IMG/VR virus record: IMGVR_UViG_3300017912_003447
Location: 1-33,900 of that record
DNA length: 33,900 nucleotides
Direction: 5' to 3' (one strand)
From: a virus
Taxonomy: Duplodnaviria; Caudoviricetes
Shown: positions 6,778 to 16,567 of the stretch, one piece after another
How positions within the stretch are numbered: the stretch's first letter is position 1
How the letters are laid out: each line of letters begins with the position of its first letter
Notes under the pieces: model-generated
What the model was told of the DNA's origin: nothing
Seen by the model: the letters and a program-made list of their open reading frames with translations, nothing else
Database searches by the model: none
Position numbers and translations under genes: made by a program

Positions 6778-7670
6778 ACTAATTCTTTCATTTCTTCGTT
6801 TGTCATCTTCTCAGCTGTTTTAGAGTTATAAGGACTTGATAAAGTATTTACATAACGATTAACTTCATTTCTGATTAATATATCGTTATCATGTATATAA
6901 GTTCTATCTATCTCATTCTGTGAAATTAAATCCTCATCTGTTTTTTCACCAGGTCTTTTTCCGACTATCTCGATATCATCTGAAATAACTTTAGCTAAAT
7001 CTAACATATTCACACATTTCATTTTGTATGACATAACAAAACCACCACCATCGGTTTTCGTATAATCAATAGTTCTTTTAATTAACTCAGCTGCATCCTT
7101 TTGACTAAAAATTAACCTATTCATATTTGGGTCTGTTAATTTAAGTGGCTTACCCTCTTTTTTTAAATTTAACCAAAAAGGTAAGACTGAACCATTACTA
7201 TGTGCAACATTAGCAAATCTCGTTAGTGAGAATCTATTATTATCGTTATTTGTATTCATGAAAACACGTTCCATCAAATACTTTGATGCACCATATACAC
7301 TTTCAGCTAAACAAGCTTTGTCTGTACTGACACCAATTGTAATGGGTATGTCATTTATTATACTAGCTTCTACCACGTTTAAACTACCCATAACATTAAT
7401 ATTACAACCAGCTATGGGATTCGTCTCCATCAAATCAATATGTTTCATGGCTGCTGCATGAACAACGACATCTGGCTTTACATCCTTGAACACCCTTAAT
7501 AATAAACCTTTATCCTCGATATTACCGACATAACACTTCACATGTGGATATTCTCTCTTTAAATGAGCTATTTTCTCTTCATTTCTACTTACACTAATAT
7601 ACTCATTATCATTTTGTTGAATTAATGCTTTTCCAACGGTGCCTGTTCCACCTGTAATTAATACTTTCAT
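6768..7670 (-). CDS. UDP-GlcNAc 4,6-dehydratase-like SDR (Polysacc_synt_2; PseB/CapD/FnlA family)
   Basis: ITGGTGTVG, HAAAMKHI, STDKA, YGASK, RFANV..SNGSV, LTDPNMNR, RPGEK. Confidence 0.9.
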   Translation of the reverse strand: MKVLITGGTGTVGKALIQQNDNEYISVSRNEEKIAHLKREYPHVKCYVGNIEDKGLLLRVFKDVKPDVVVHAAAMKHIDLMETNPIAGCNINVMGSLNVVEASIINDIPITIGVSTDKACLAESVYGASKYLMERVFMNTNNDNNRFSLTRFANVAHSNGSVLPFWLNLKKEGKPLKLTDPNMNRLIFSQKDAAELIKRTIDYTKTDGGGFVMSYKMKCVNMLDLAKVISDDIEIVGKRPGEKTDEDLISQNEIDRTYIHDNDILIRNEVNRYVNTLSSPYNSKTAEKMTNEEMKELVWG

Positions 7671-7671
7671 T

Positions 7672-8409
7672 TTAACCTCTGTAAGCCATTTTGTTCTGAT
7701 AATCTACTTTGAGTCTTGGATAGAACTTTGGTTCTAAAAATCTAAAAATATCTTGGTCTTGTGAACCTTTTGGATAATCTTTTGGTTGACTAGCCAAATA
7801 ATCTCTATACTCGTCCATTGTTACGCCTGGTGGATATGCATATTCCATAGCTGATTTTATAACCTCTCTAATAAAACTTGTTTTACCTATGTAAACCCCA
7901 CTATTCAAATATCTACCATTAAAATTATTTATCTGTAAAATTTTATTATGAACTTCTGGCATGCAATTATAACCATCTACCGAATTTGTTGACATGAATA
8001 AAGCGTCACAATTAAAACTTTCAAATATTTCTATAACCTTAGTTGGGTTATCTATAAATATAACATCTATCGCGTCAACACACATAAAATATTCCGTCTT
8101 ACATTTATCACCTGCCAAATACTCATTTAACAATTCAAATTTGAAAGTATTTCTCCAAGGTAATCTATCGTCTCGCAGAACCACTAATTCAATACCAAGA
8201 TAATTAAGGTTTTGCTCTAAAATAGAAACTTCCTCGTAACCTTTCAAATGGTCTATGATTCTATCTTCCATAGAACCTTTATTTCTACACGTTACTATTG
8301 TTAATTCTTTTGGTAATTCAAAACAATTAGGTTGTAATCTTTGTTTTAATTTTTCAAACTCCGTTTTAACCAAGTGTCTATCGTGTATTATTGGCTGTGT
8401 CATATCCAT
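7672..8409 (-). CDS. PLOD/procollagen galactosyltransferase-like glycosyltransferase
   Basis: YFMCVDAIDVIF, RYLNSGVYIG, DQDIF, LKVDYQNKM match the PLOD GT-domain pattern; likely start 8403 (ATGA overlap). Confidence 0.65.
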   Translation of the reverse strand: MDMTQPIIHDRHLVKTEFEKLKQRLQPNCFELPKELTIVTCRNKGSMEDRIIDHLKGYEEVSILEQNLNYLGIELVVLRDDRLPWRNTFKFELLNEYLAGDKCKTEYFMCVDAIDVIFIDNPTKVIEIFESFNCDALFMSTNSVDGYNCMPEVHNKILQINNFNGRYLNSGVYIGKTSFIREVIKSAMEYAYPPGVTMDEYRDYLASQPKDYPKGSQDQDIFRFLEPKFYPRLKVDYQNKMAYRG

Positions 8410-9287
8410 CCTATCTCAGTTAGTATATTTTGTACGGCTTTTTCATAGCCAGGTTCGTTAGCCCTATTACCAGTTACGAATCCTCTCTCACCTTCAATAC
8501 AATATTTACTTACTCTCTTTACATCAGAAAACCACCTTATCTTAGGAACTAAATTGTTTTCATAAAGAAAATCTCTAAAAGTTCCAGCGTGTGCGTTCCA
8601 AGCTGTTATACCACCATAACCAACACTATTTGTCTTACCGACCCTATTGACGATACCTAATCCACCCTCCTCATACATATTAAATCTATTGTTTGGTAAA
8701 AGGTCGATTAATTCTTTCTTGTAAAAACAAAATGAACCTCTTGGTGTTAACGCTTTTGATATATTTTCTGTATAACCATTATCAAGAAAATACCAATCAT
8801 CATCTAAACTAATTTGCGTAGTATTAACCTGATGATTAGCTGAACCATATCTATCAGAGTTCGGTTTTAGGACATTGACTTTTTTATTCATATCAACAAA
8901 TAATTGGTCAGATAGTATTAGATTGTCATCGTGAGTTATTAATATAGAATCATATTGAGTGTAATCATTTTTATCAGCCCATTGATTAAAACACTCCATA
9001 TCACCGACAGTATTCTCTTCTTCTGAGTAACCCCATCCAAGCTCTTGAATTTCTTCTTTTGTTATTGGTGTCTCATACATCAATAAATCTAACTCTTCCC
9101 AAAAACTATCTAAATTAGAGTGATTTCTTACATTTTCTTTTTCAGCTATGGTATTTTCATCATCAGGTGACCTATGTGCCACGGAATAATAATCCACAGA
9201 CCATCCATCTGGTACCTCCTGTTTAATCATTTCTCTATAGAAATGAGAACTATAATGCCAACCTGTGGCTATAACTAAGACTTTCAT
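8400..9287 (-). CDS. putative GT-A fold glycosyltransferase
   Basis: DSILITHDDNLI (DxD-like strand motif); context. Family not assignable. Confidence 0.45.
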   Translation of the reverse strand: MKVLVIATGWHYSSHFYREMIKQEVPDGWSVDYYSVAHRSPDDENTIAEKENVRNHSNLDSFWEELDLLMYETPITKEEIQELGWGYSEEENTVGDMECFNQWADKNDYTQYDSILITHDDNLILSDQLFVDMNKKVNVLKPNSDRYGSANHQVNTTQISLDDDWYFLDNGYTENISKALTPRGSFCFYKKELIDLLPNNRFNMYEEGGLGIVNRVGKTNSVGYGGITAWNAHAGTFRDFLYENNLVPKIRWFSDVKRVSKYCIEGERGFVTGNRANEPGYEKAVQNILTEIGWI

Positions 9288-9811
9288 GAAATCCTCGAAA
9301 GTGAATATTTTGTGTTCTCTGTCAATAATTGGTAACCTACCTCAGATTTAATCTCATTCATTTTTTTATGACCATCCTTAACATATCTATCTCTCTCCTT
9401 TGAACCACCCTCAAAATAAACAACAGAGCCTGACATATCTATTTGCTCTTTGACAATATCATATAATTTCATGATTTTATCTCCATCGTTGTTTATGTCA
9501 AAATACATAAAATCAAATGGCTCTGGCTCCCAATCGTAAAAATCTAAGTTATTCAGCTGGATGTAATCCCTTACTCCCCAAGCATCGATTTGATTTTGAG
9601 TGTTGTATTGACTTCCCCAATATCTATCGTTCCAAATGTCATAGGATTTAATAAATCCATCAACATTATTATCTTTTAACGCCATCGCCATAGTTATAGT
9701 TGTTTGTCCACCTGCAGGCCCGAATTCGATGATTTTACTTGGTTTTAGTGCGGTTATAGCATTATATAGCTTCGGTAACCACTTGTATTTACCGTGACTT
9801 GGAATATTCAT
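9284..9811 (-). CDS. class I SAM-dependent methyltransferase
   Basis: KPSKIIEFGPAGGQTT (motif I), SYDIW, FDFMYFDI. Confidence 0.75.
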   Translation of the reverse strand: MNIPSHGKYKWLPKLYNAITALKPSKIIEFGPAGGQTTITMAMALKDNNVDGFIKSYDIWNDRYWGSQYNTQNQIDAWGVRDYIQLNNLDFYDWEPEPFDFMYFDINNDGDKIMKLYDIVKEQIDMSGSVVYFEGGSKERDRYVKDGHKKMNEIKSEVGYQLLTENTKYSLSRIS

Positions 9812-10752
9812 TTATATAATTTAACTTTCTCAATTATTTTTTCTATATCTGAATATGACATCGTTTCATTCATAGGTAAAGTCGCAACAACATCACTATA
9901 TTTTTCTGTGTATGGACAATTAAACGATTTCCCTCTCGCGTAAATTTCATTCAAATGTAAGGCTGGATAATGGATACCACATACGATATCATTTTCTTTC
10001 ATCTTATTTAGGAAACTTTGATTATTTTTTGTATGGATTATGTATAGGTGTGTGCTTTTATTCGCATAACCTAACTCTTTATTATATATGTCCCTTATTA
10101 GTTTTAAGTTCCTTTTCTTTTTCTCGAAGTTATCAAAATTTTTAAGTATAATGTCAGCTTGAAATGAACTAAGGTACATTTTGAAACCTGGAAACGCTAT
10201 GTTTCTCTCCCAATTATTATCTGAATATGATGTGCCATTCAATACTGCTGACTTATAATACTCGTATTTTGTTTTATCATTAGTGACTATCATACCACCG
10301 TCTAACCCACCTAATGGTTTAGTTGGATAAAAACTAAATATCATCAAATCCTCATCGTTACATTCATCCTTAAATTGATTTTTCTGTAATTTCTGTGCCG
10401 AGTCGACGACCTTGTAATCATCAAATTTATGTAATATATAGGAGTCTCCCATCCATAAAATATCATCAGTAAAATTTATTTCATTATGAAAACCACTTGT
10501 AAGAATAGCATTAGCTACTACAGGTGGTATCATGCTTGGTAAATCAACAACCATCCTTGTTCTAGCGTTCGGCCTTTTATCTCTCATAATTAGAAATATA
10601 GCATTAGTTGCGCTGTTGACTGCACAGGCATATTTAGCTCCGACATAATCAGCTATTTTTTTCTCTAACTCCTCAACACGTTTATCGTGTAGACTATGTG
10701 AGTAATTTGATGTATCTATCTTATGATTCGGTATGTGAAATAGTTGAATCAT
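9808..10752 (-). CDS. DegT/DnrJ/EryC1/StrS PLP-dependent sugar aminotransferase
   Basis: YACAVNSATNA, VVDSAQ, FSFYPTKPLGGLDGGMIVTND with the PLP lysine, GIHY. Confidence 0.9.
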   Translation of the reverse strand: MIQLFHIPNHKIDTSNYSHSLHDKRVEELEKKIADYVGAKYACAVNSATNAIFLIMRDKRPNARTRMVVDLPSMIPPVVANAILTSGFHNEINFTDDILWMGDSYILHKFDDYKVVDSAQKLQKNQFKDECNDEDLMIFSFYPTKPLGGLDGGMIVTNDKTKYEYYKSAVLNGTSYSDNNWERNIAFPGFKMYLSSFQADIILKNFDNFEKKKRNLKLIRDIYNKELGYANKSTHLYIIHTKNNQSFLNKMKENDIVCGIHYPALHLNEIYARGKSFNCPYTEKYSDVVATLPMNETMSYSDIEKIIEKVKLYK

Positions 10753-11473
10753 TTAATAACCTTTTCATTTTATCTATATTCATGCTACTATTAGGATTAA
10801 CCTCGACATCAGATATTTCCTTAACACTTATCTTACCGACCTCTGGCTCATAAGGTTTAACAAAATCATATACAGTCTGAGCCTCTCCACCAACATTAAT
10901 AATACCAACCTCATCTAATAGTTGGAGTGTTACTTTAGCAGCTTCATCGGCGTACATATGTGAACTTATAACATCAGTAAATGCTTTCTTATGTGGAAAT
11001 GGTACGGCGTTCATACAAGCCCTTAATATTAACCATTTATCTATGTAATGGTGAACCGCACACTCACCACCTAACTTAGACCATCCGTAGTTATTAAATG
11101 GTCTTAATCCATGCTCCTCATCTTGATTTCCATGTAAGCCGGGATAAACATAGTTGGTTGAGATGTAAATCATCTTCTTATCAAATCTCTCACACATCAT
11201 AGCTATGTTACAAGTCCCAACAATATTAGTTTTTATACTTCTAGTTGGATTTTCTTTGTGTCTTCTCATCGGTGACGATAGACCACCTGAATGTATTACG
11301 TAATCAAAGTCTTTTTGATTTGCGTAGAAATACTTCTCACAATCCCAAAATCCCTCAAAATTCATTTCTTTTCTTGTTGGTAATAAAACCTGAAAGTTTT
11401 CATCATCTTTTGTTAGATTCTTTATGTGTTGTGCGAATCTACCAGCACCACCTGTAACCATTATTTTTTTCAT
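10721..11473 (-). CDS. RmlD-like NDP-4-keto-6-deoxysugar reductase
   Basis: MVTGGAGRFA, NIVGTCNIA, YISTNYVYPG, PFNNYGWSKLGGE, SSMNIDK. Confidence 0.8.
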   Translation of the reverse strand: MKKIMVTGGAGRFAQHIKNLTKDDENFQVLLPTRKEMNFEGFWDCEKYFYANQKDFDYVIHSGGLSSPMRRHKENPTRSIKTNIVGTCNIAMMCERFDKKMIYISTNYVYPGLHGNQDEEHGLRPFNNYGWSKLGGECAVHHYIDKWLILRACMNAVPFPHKKAFTDVISSHMYADEAAKVTLQLLDEVGIINVGGEAQTVYDFVKPYEPEVGKISVKEISDVEVNPNSSMNIDKMKRLLNDSTISHTES

Positions 11474-12114
11474 TCAAATAACTCCAATTGATTGTAAAAT
11501 TTTGCTTTAACTCTTGGTGCGCTATTGTCTTCTGACACTCTCCAATACACAACACCTAATGCTTTTCTATCTAAACCCTTAGTAATTTCAGGTAATCCAT
11601 GCCATGAGTTAGCGGAACACCTAAAAACGTTTAGTGTATTAAACTCATACTTAAGCTTACCCCTACTTGAATCACCATCAAAAAGATGTAAATCAAATGA
11701 TTCATCATAATCTTCAGATATACAAAGTATAGCACTATAACATCGAACCCAATTTTCATTTATTCCATGATGACTAGCATCAACGTGCATTCCTAAGTAT
11801 CCACCCTCATCATTTCTATTTGGTGTATTCATCATACCACCACCATAAAATTCGTAATCTGGAAAACATTTTAGTTGTTCATAAAAATAATCATTTGGGT
11901 CAAAGTTTTCACAGATATAATCTAAAACTTTAAGAGCGGCTGGTGGATACTTATCTCTACCTAACTTTGAACAATACTGAATCTGTCCATCTCCATCTCC
12001 ACCATATTCAACCCAATCATTTAAGTTTTCAAAACTTTCCGCTGCAGCTCTAACAAAGGCTTCATTTTCAACAAAGTTTGGTATTGAGATATGCGGAAAT
12101 GGTTTTTGTTTCAT
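11470..12114 (-). CDS. 2OG-Fe(II) oxygenase (prolyl-4-hydroxylase-like)
   Basis: YGGGM...GGYLGMHVDA (HxD), FNTLNVF, SWHG, RKALGVVYW. Confidence 0.85.
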   Translation of the reverse strand: MKQKPFPHISIPNFVENEAFVRAAAESFENLNDWVEYGGDGDGQIQYCSKLGRDKYPPAALKVLDYICENFDPNDYFYEQLKCFPDYEFYGGGMMNTPNRNDEGGYLGMHVDASHHGINENWVRCYSAILCISEDYDESFDLHLFDGDSSRGKLKYEFNTLNVFRCSANSWHGLPEITKGLDRKALGVVYWRVSEDNSAPRVKAKFYNQLELFE

Positions 12115-12524
12115 GATATTCCTCTTAGCTTTAGAAATTCTTCATAGTTTTCAATATAATCATCTTTATTATAATTAGTGTTAGCAATCACTAACAATAA
12201 AGTTTTTTTATCATAATATACTTGCTCATCCCATATCATTTCAGGTATATAAAGCGCCTCATCGGGATTATTGAGTGTAATTATTCTTTTATTTTTACCA
12301 TCATCACAAATAACATCCACTTGACCATAAAGACATATTAAGACCTGCTTAGTTTTGTGATGAGAATGTTTTCCTCTATCATTTTGCCCCTCCACACCAT
12401 ATACATAAAAAATCCTTTTTGCTCTGAAAGGTATGTCGGAACCAAATTCTATTGGTGTTAATCGCCCATCAGGTTCTATAAACGTTCTGAGATTAAATTT
12501 TTTTACATCATTTATATCTACCAA
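12111..12524 (-). CDS. FdtA/QdtA family sugar 3,4-ketoisomerase (cupin)
   Basis: DGRLTPIE, IPFRAKRIFYVY, RGKHSH, QVLICLYG, LYIPEMIW, DDYIENYEEF; TTG start with GAGGA SD. Confidence 0.9.
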   Translation of the reverse strand: MVDINDVKKFNLRTFIEPDGRLTPIEFGSDIPFRAKRIFYVYGVEGQNDRGKHSHHKTKQVLICLYGQVDVICDDGKNKRIITLNNPDEALYIPEMIWDEQVYYDKKTLLLVIANTNYNKDDYIENYEEFLKLRGIS

Positions 12525-12525
12525 T

Positions 12526-13722
12526 TTAATAATCCTCTGTTAGATGACTAATAAACTCACCACCATTTTTTACAAACTCGGTTTCATTCTTTTTAATCAA
12601 ATCAGCAAAGTTCCAAGCTCCTAAAAATGCATAATCGTAATCACTTATATCGATGCTATCTCTACTTACAACAGGTATGTGAGCACCTGGTGAGTACAAA
12701 CCTTGTTTGGATGGGGTCGTATCGGATATCACGTCAATTAAATTTGTATCTATCCCACAATAATTAAACACAGTTGTTGATTTAGATGTGGCACCTAAAC
12801 TAATAACATGCTTTCCATCATTACTTATATCATTCAGTAATCCCACTAATCTATCTTTTGATTTCTGTACCCTATCAGAGAATTTATTATATACATCAAT
12901 CTCATTTATACCAAAATCATTCTCATATCTTAGTAAACTACTGACATATCCATCTAAGTCAAACATATCCGAGTTAATATTTAAATGTCTTACATAAATT
13001 CTATTTGAACCACCATGAACTGATAATGGTTCTACCTTGAAAATAGTTAGTCCGTTTCTTTGTAGTATGTTTTGAAGCGCTGTCACGGAAAATACATGAG
13101 CGTGTTCATCATAAATTTGGTCGTACGAACCACGTTTTAGCATCTCAATTAATGATGGGTCTTCAAAAACAAACATACCCTTTTTATCTAAAACTTCAGC
13201 TACAGCAGAAAAACAATCATCCAAATCTTGAACGTGACATATACAATTAGCTGAATACACTAAATCCATTTTACCATGCCAGCCAACTATTTTTTTAGCT
13301 AATTCCTTAGTCCAAAAATCTGTATATGTATTGTATCCTTTATGTGCTGTTTTTAGAGCAAAGTTTGTACATGGTTCAACACAATACGCTGAAGACTTAT
13401 CAAAATTTGTAATAAATGGCCCATCATTCGAACCAATCTCCAATACGTTATCAGTTTTATATCTTAATTTTTTTCTAAAATCAACTAAACTTTCAGCGGT
13501 TTCCTTAAAATGTTTTACCATCGGTGTTGATAAAGATGTATTATAGGTATAATCCTCATTAAACATTAATTCAGGTTTTACGAAATCTTTCAAGGATACC
13601 AACTTAGTTTCCTCATCAAAAACAACTTTCAAATCGAAAAGAAACTCATTATCAAATTCTTCTTTTTTTAAAAATTTGTTTGCTATGGGTTGTCTACCTA
13701 AATCTAAAAACTCTTTTTTCAT
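12526..13722 (-). CDS. NDP-hexose C-methyltransferase (TylC3/NovU/KijD1-like)
   Basis: FLDLGRQPIAN, VLEIGSNDG, YDQIYDEH, VHGGSNR, GATSKSTT, KQGLYSPGAHIPV, AWNF. Confidence 0.9.
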   Translation of the reverse strand: MKKEFLDLGRQPIANKFLKKEEFDNEFLFDLKVVFDEETKLVSLKDFVKPELMFNEDYTYNTSLSTPMVKHFKETAESLVDFRKKLRYKTDNVLEIGSNDGPFITNFDKSSAYCVEPCTNFALKTAHKGYNTYTDFWTKELAKKIVGWHGKMDLVYSANCICHVQDLDDCFSAVAEVLDKKGMFVFEDPSLIEMLKRGSYDQIYDEHAHVFSVTALQNILQRNGLTIFKVEPLSVHGGSNRIYVRHLNINSDMFDLDGYVSSLLRYENDFGINEIDVYNKFSDRVQKSKDRLVGLLNDISNDGKHVISLGATSKSTTVFNYCGIDTNLIDVISDTTPSKQGLYSPGAHIPVVSRDSIDISDYDYAFLGAWNFADLIKKNETEFVKNGGEFISHLTEDY

Positions 13723-13724
13723 TT

Positions 13725-14375
13725 TTATTTGTCTCCAATTTTTAAAAATAATAAATCTTTTTGCACTATTTGTTCACCATCATAATGTTCCCCTATTGAA
13801 ATCTTTTCCTCAAATCCAATTTTATTCATGTAATCAAGTGTCTCTTGTTGACTCGGAGCGCCTTCGTTATATTCTATATAGGATACTTCTAATATTATAG
13901 CTGATGCTCTACTAACCAAATCTTTACCACCCCTTAAAATATCTAACTCTGAACCTTGTGTATCAACCTTTATTAAATCAAATATAGCATCATCCTCAAA
14001 AATATCGTCTAATCTTTTCAACATAACTTTACTTTCTTGAACTAATTGTGGAATGTCCCAATAGTTATGTTCTTTATAATATGAATTACCCTCAGTATAA
14101 GGTTTATCACTTCTTGTATAAAAAGTGACTTCTCTTACCTCATCACCTAAAGCTGCAATCAAATACGAATCTCCATTTTCGGTTGCTAATCTATTTAACG
14201 TGTCCTTATGTAATGAATTAGCTTCTATCATAAAAACACCAACATCCGGCCAAACTCTTTTTGACCAACTATGAAATTGACCAGTGTGAGCGCCGATATC
14301 TAAGATAGCTTTTGGTTCTATACCAAGGTCTCTAACTTCTTCAAGTCTCATCGTCTGACCATGTCTATAAGCCAT
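13725..14375 (-). CDS. FkbM family methyltransferase
   Basis: ILDIGAHTG, MIEAN, RLDD, DLIKVDTQGSELDILRG, IILEVS. Confidence 0.9.
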   Translation of the reverse strand: MAYRHGQTMRLEEVRDLGIEPKAILDIGAHTGQFHSWSKRVWPDVGVFMIEANSLHKDTLNRLATENGDSYLIAALGDEVREVTFYTRSDKPYTEGNSYYKEHNYWDIPQLVQESKVMLKRLDDIFEDDAIFDLIKVDTQGSELDILRGGKDLVSRASAIILEVSYIEYNEGAPSQQETLDYMNKIGFEEKISIGEHYDGEQIVQKDLLFLKIGDK

Positions 14376-15099
14376 TTAATTTCTCCAATTCTTCAACATC
14401 ATTACAAACTTCTTTTATCCTATCATAATATTTTCCATGCCCTTTACTTTTAACCTTACCCCAAGGTGCGTGTAAACCAAAAGGCGCTTTATTATTTAGT
14501 GGATACATATAACCATTATCTATTGAGAATGATAATACTTGTTCATAAGTAGGTCTGTCTACTGCCATTTCTGAAACAAAATAATCCTCACATGGATTAC
14601 CACCCATTTCTAAATGTGGTTGTAATTTATTTTTAATTATATCTAGCATAAAACTTTTTTTTCTGAGAGATAAACCACCATTCATTACTCTATCATATTT
14701 ATTATTCATTAATCCTAATTCATTACCCCAATATCCACCTATGTAATCGAAGTCCTCAAAGTCTTGTATTTTGTGCTCAGAATTTGGACATAACATTGTA
14801 TCACACTCGAAATATAATACCGTCTCTCCGATTACCTTTTCCCAAAAATCTATTGTTAACATAATTTCTAAGCTAGAATCATCAGCTGTTATTGAATCTA
14901 TCCCTAAGTTTGTAAACTCAATTTTTTTTCCATTCAAAACCTTATCATTTTGAACAGAGTCAAATATATAGTCGTAATTAGATGTGCCATGAAATATCTG
15001 TAAACTATATTCGTTTGGTAAAATCGACATAACATTATTGAGAACAAATGGTAAAGCTTTGTGTTCTCTAGTTTCTACTATGAGTGCTACCTTACTCAT
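14365..15099 (-). CDS. DUF5672-like putative glycosyltransferase
   Basis: VALIVETR, LQIFHG, FWEKV.GETVLYFECD, FDYIGGYW, NGGLSLR, EDYF, PFGLHAPW; ATG at 15099 overlaps upstream TAA (track start 15132). Confidence 0.75.
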   Translation of the reverse strand: MSKVALIVETREHKALPFVLNNVMSILPNEYSLQIFHGTSNYDYIFDSVQNDKVLNGKKIEFTNLGIDSITADDSSLEIMLTIDFWEKVIGETVLYFECDTMLCPNSEHKIQDFEDFDYIGGYWGNELGLMNNKYDRVMNGGLSLRKKSFMLDIIKNKLQPHLEMGGNPCEDYFVSEMAVDRPTYEQVLSFSIDNGYMYPLNNKAPFGLHAPWGKVKSKGHGKYYDRIKEVCNDVEELEKLNGL

Positions 15100-15815
15100 T
15101 AGAAATCCATAAAAGATAATGTTGTCGGCCACACGTAGTTCTGATATCGATTTAAACCTGTCTCAACCACACAAGAGTTTAATTTATTTCTTATATCTAA
15201 CATTTCCTCAGTCGCGATGTGTTTTGTTGATTTGATACTATCGGTTTGATTTTCAAAGTCCTCCATCAAAGTCATTGATAAAGTATCACCATCTTCAACT
15301 ATTGTATAGCCGTATAATTCAGTCCATTGATTACTTGACGTATGTAAGTCCTCTATAACATATATGCCACCACTCCTCAAATACTTGTATAGGATTTTAA
15401 AAGATGTTTGTTGTTGTCTCATTGAGTGTCCACCATCGTCAACAATAATGTCGAATTCATCTCCATTTTGATTAATAAATTCATTTAAATCTTGAAGGCT
15501 AGATTGGTCACCTCTAAAAACAACCGACCTATTTTTGTCTCTATCATCCCAACCATTTACCATTACCATATCTCGACCTGTTCTTTTGTCGTAAACCTTG
15601 TCTTCATAAACTATTCTGTTATCTATAGCGTATACATTTGCGTTTGGGAAATAATCCAACCACATCAAATGAGAGCCACCTGTATTCAATCCAATCTCTA
15701 ATATTTTAGTAACATCATTTCTGATGCTCTCAAATTTTTTTTCATAGTGTTTAGTATAACCTAAATCAAGTTTATCACAATTATATTTTTTTGCTATTTG
15801 GTGTAAATCTAACAT
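15099..15815 (-). CDS. class I SAM-dependent (sugar O-)methyltransferase
   Basis: KYNCDK...Y..HY, ILEIG...GGSHLMWLDYFPNA, GDQS, FDIIVDDGGH, GGIYVIEDLHTS (MycE/TylE-like pattern). Confidence 0.85.
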   Translation of the reverse strand: MLDLHQIAKKYNCDKLDLGYTKHYEKKFESIRNDVTKILEIGLNTGGSHLMWLDYFPNANVYAIDNRIVYEDKVYDKRTGRDMVMVNGWDDRDKNRSVVFRGDQSSLQDLNEFINQNGDEFDIIVDDGGHSMRQQQTSFKILYKYLRSGGIYVIEDLHTSSNQWTELYGYTIVEDGDTLSMTLMEDFENQTDSIKSTKHIATEEMLDIRNKLNSCVVETGLNRYQNYVWPTTLSFMDF

Positions 15816-16567
15816 AACACATCCCTTAAGATTGATTTATTTATAAATATATTGGCTTCGTGTATCTTATTATATTTTAGCGCCTCATCAATTACAAAAT
15901 CAATATCGACATCTAATTTAACCTCGTAATCCTTAATTAAATCCTCAACGTCGAATCCCATAAATTTAGAAACTTTCGGTAAAAAGAATCCAAGAGCTTC
16001 TCCGTGTGCTATCCCATAATGACCAGTTAGTGGATAAGATAATGAATGTAATAAATTGGTGCCGGTGATTTCTATCGCCTTTCCACCAAGTCTACCTGCA
16101 TGTAAAAGATTCGAAATAGTTTTATTTTCTTTTAGTAACCTTAACCCCTCAGAGCAGTAATTTTCACTTTCTTCATTTCTTTTAATTGATGTTAGACTAT
16201 CTAAGAAATGACTGATAACGTCAAAGGTTGTATCCCTTTTAACCCTCTCTGGTAAATCGGCGTAATCAGAATTTATTTCAACCTTTTTTGGTTTAAATCT
16301 TTTTAAACTTATTTTATTACTTCCATCCCAATATACAGACCAAGATGTTTCTGATGCACCTGATGCGGTAGTTGGATAACAGATTATCGGATTCTTACAT
16401 ATTATCTTCGCGGTATCAATTACAGCTCCACCACCTATAGCAACCACCGATTCCTCCGAACCCATTTCATCCAAGATTGATTTATCGGGTGCCGAACTAA
16501 TAATTTTTTTCCTATCGAACCCTTGTAAAAAATCTTTTGTAGAGTTAGAGCAAACCAATAAGCTCAT
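15809..16567 (-). CDS. iron-containing alcohol dehydrogenase, probable phosphonoacetaldehyde reductase
   Basis: AIGGGAVIDTAK, PTTASG, metal ligands DVISH...HSLSYPLT...HGEA; follows the ppd genes; start 16567 (SD AGGA, ATGA overlap; track start 16603). Confidence 0.8.
   Translation of the reverse strand: MSLLVCSNSTKDFLQGFDRKKIISSAPDKSILDEMGSEESVVAIGGGAVIDTAKIICKNPIICYPTTASGASETSWSVYWDGSNKISLKRFKPKKVEINSDYADLPERVKRDTTFDVISHFLDSLTSIKRNEESENYCSEGLRLLKENKTISNLLHAGRLGGKAIEITGTNLLHSLSYPLTGHYGIAHGEALGFFLPKVSKFMGFDVEDLIKDYEVKLDVDIDFVIDEALKYNKIHEANIFINKSILRDVLC

Noticed and set aside
11470-12114. Methylphosphonate synthase or HEP dioxygenase (methane link)
   Set aside because: The motifs are those of a 2OG-dependent P4H-like enzyme; no MpnS/HEPD-like gene is recognisable in the window.
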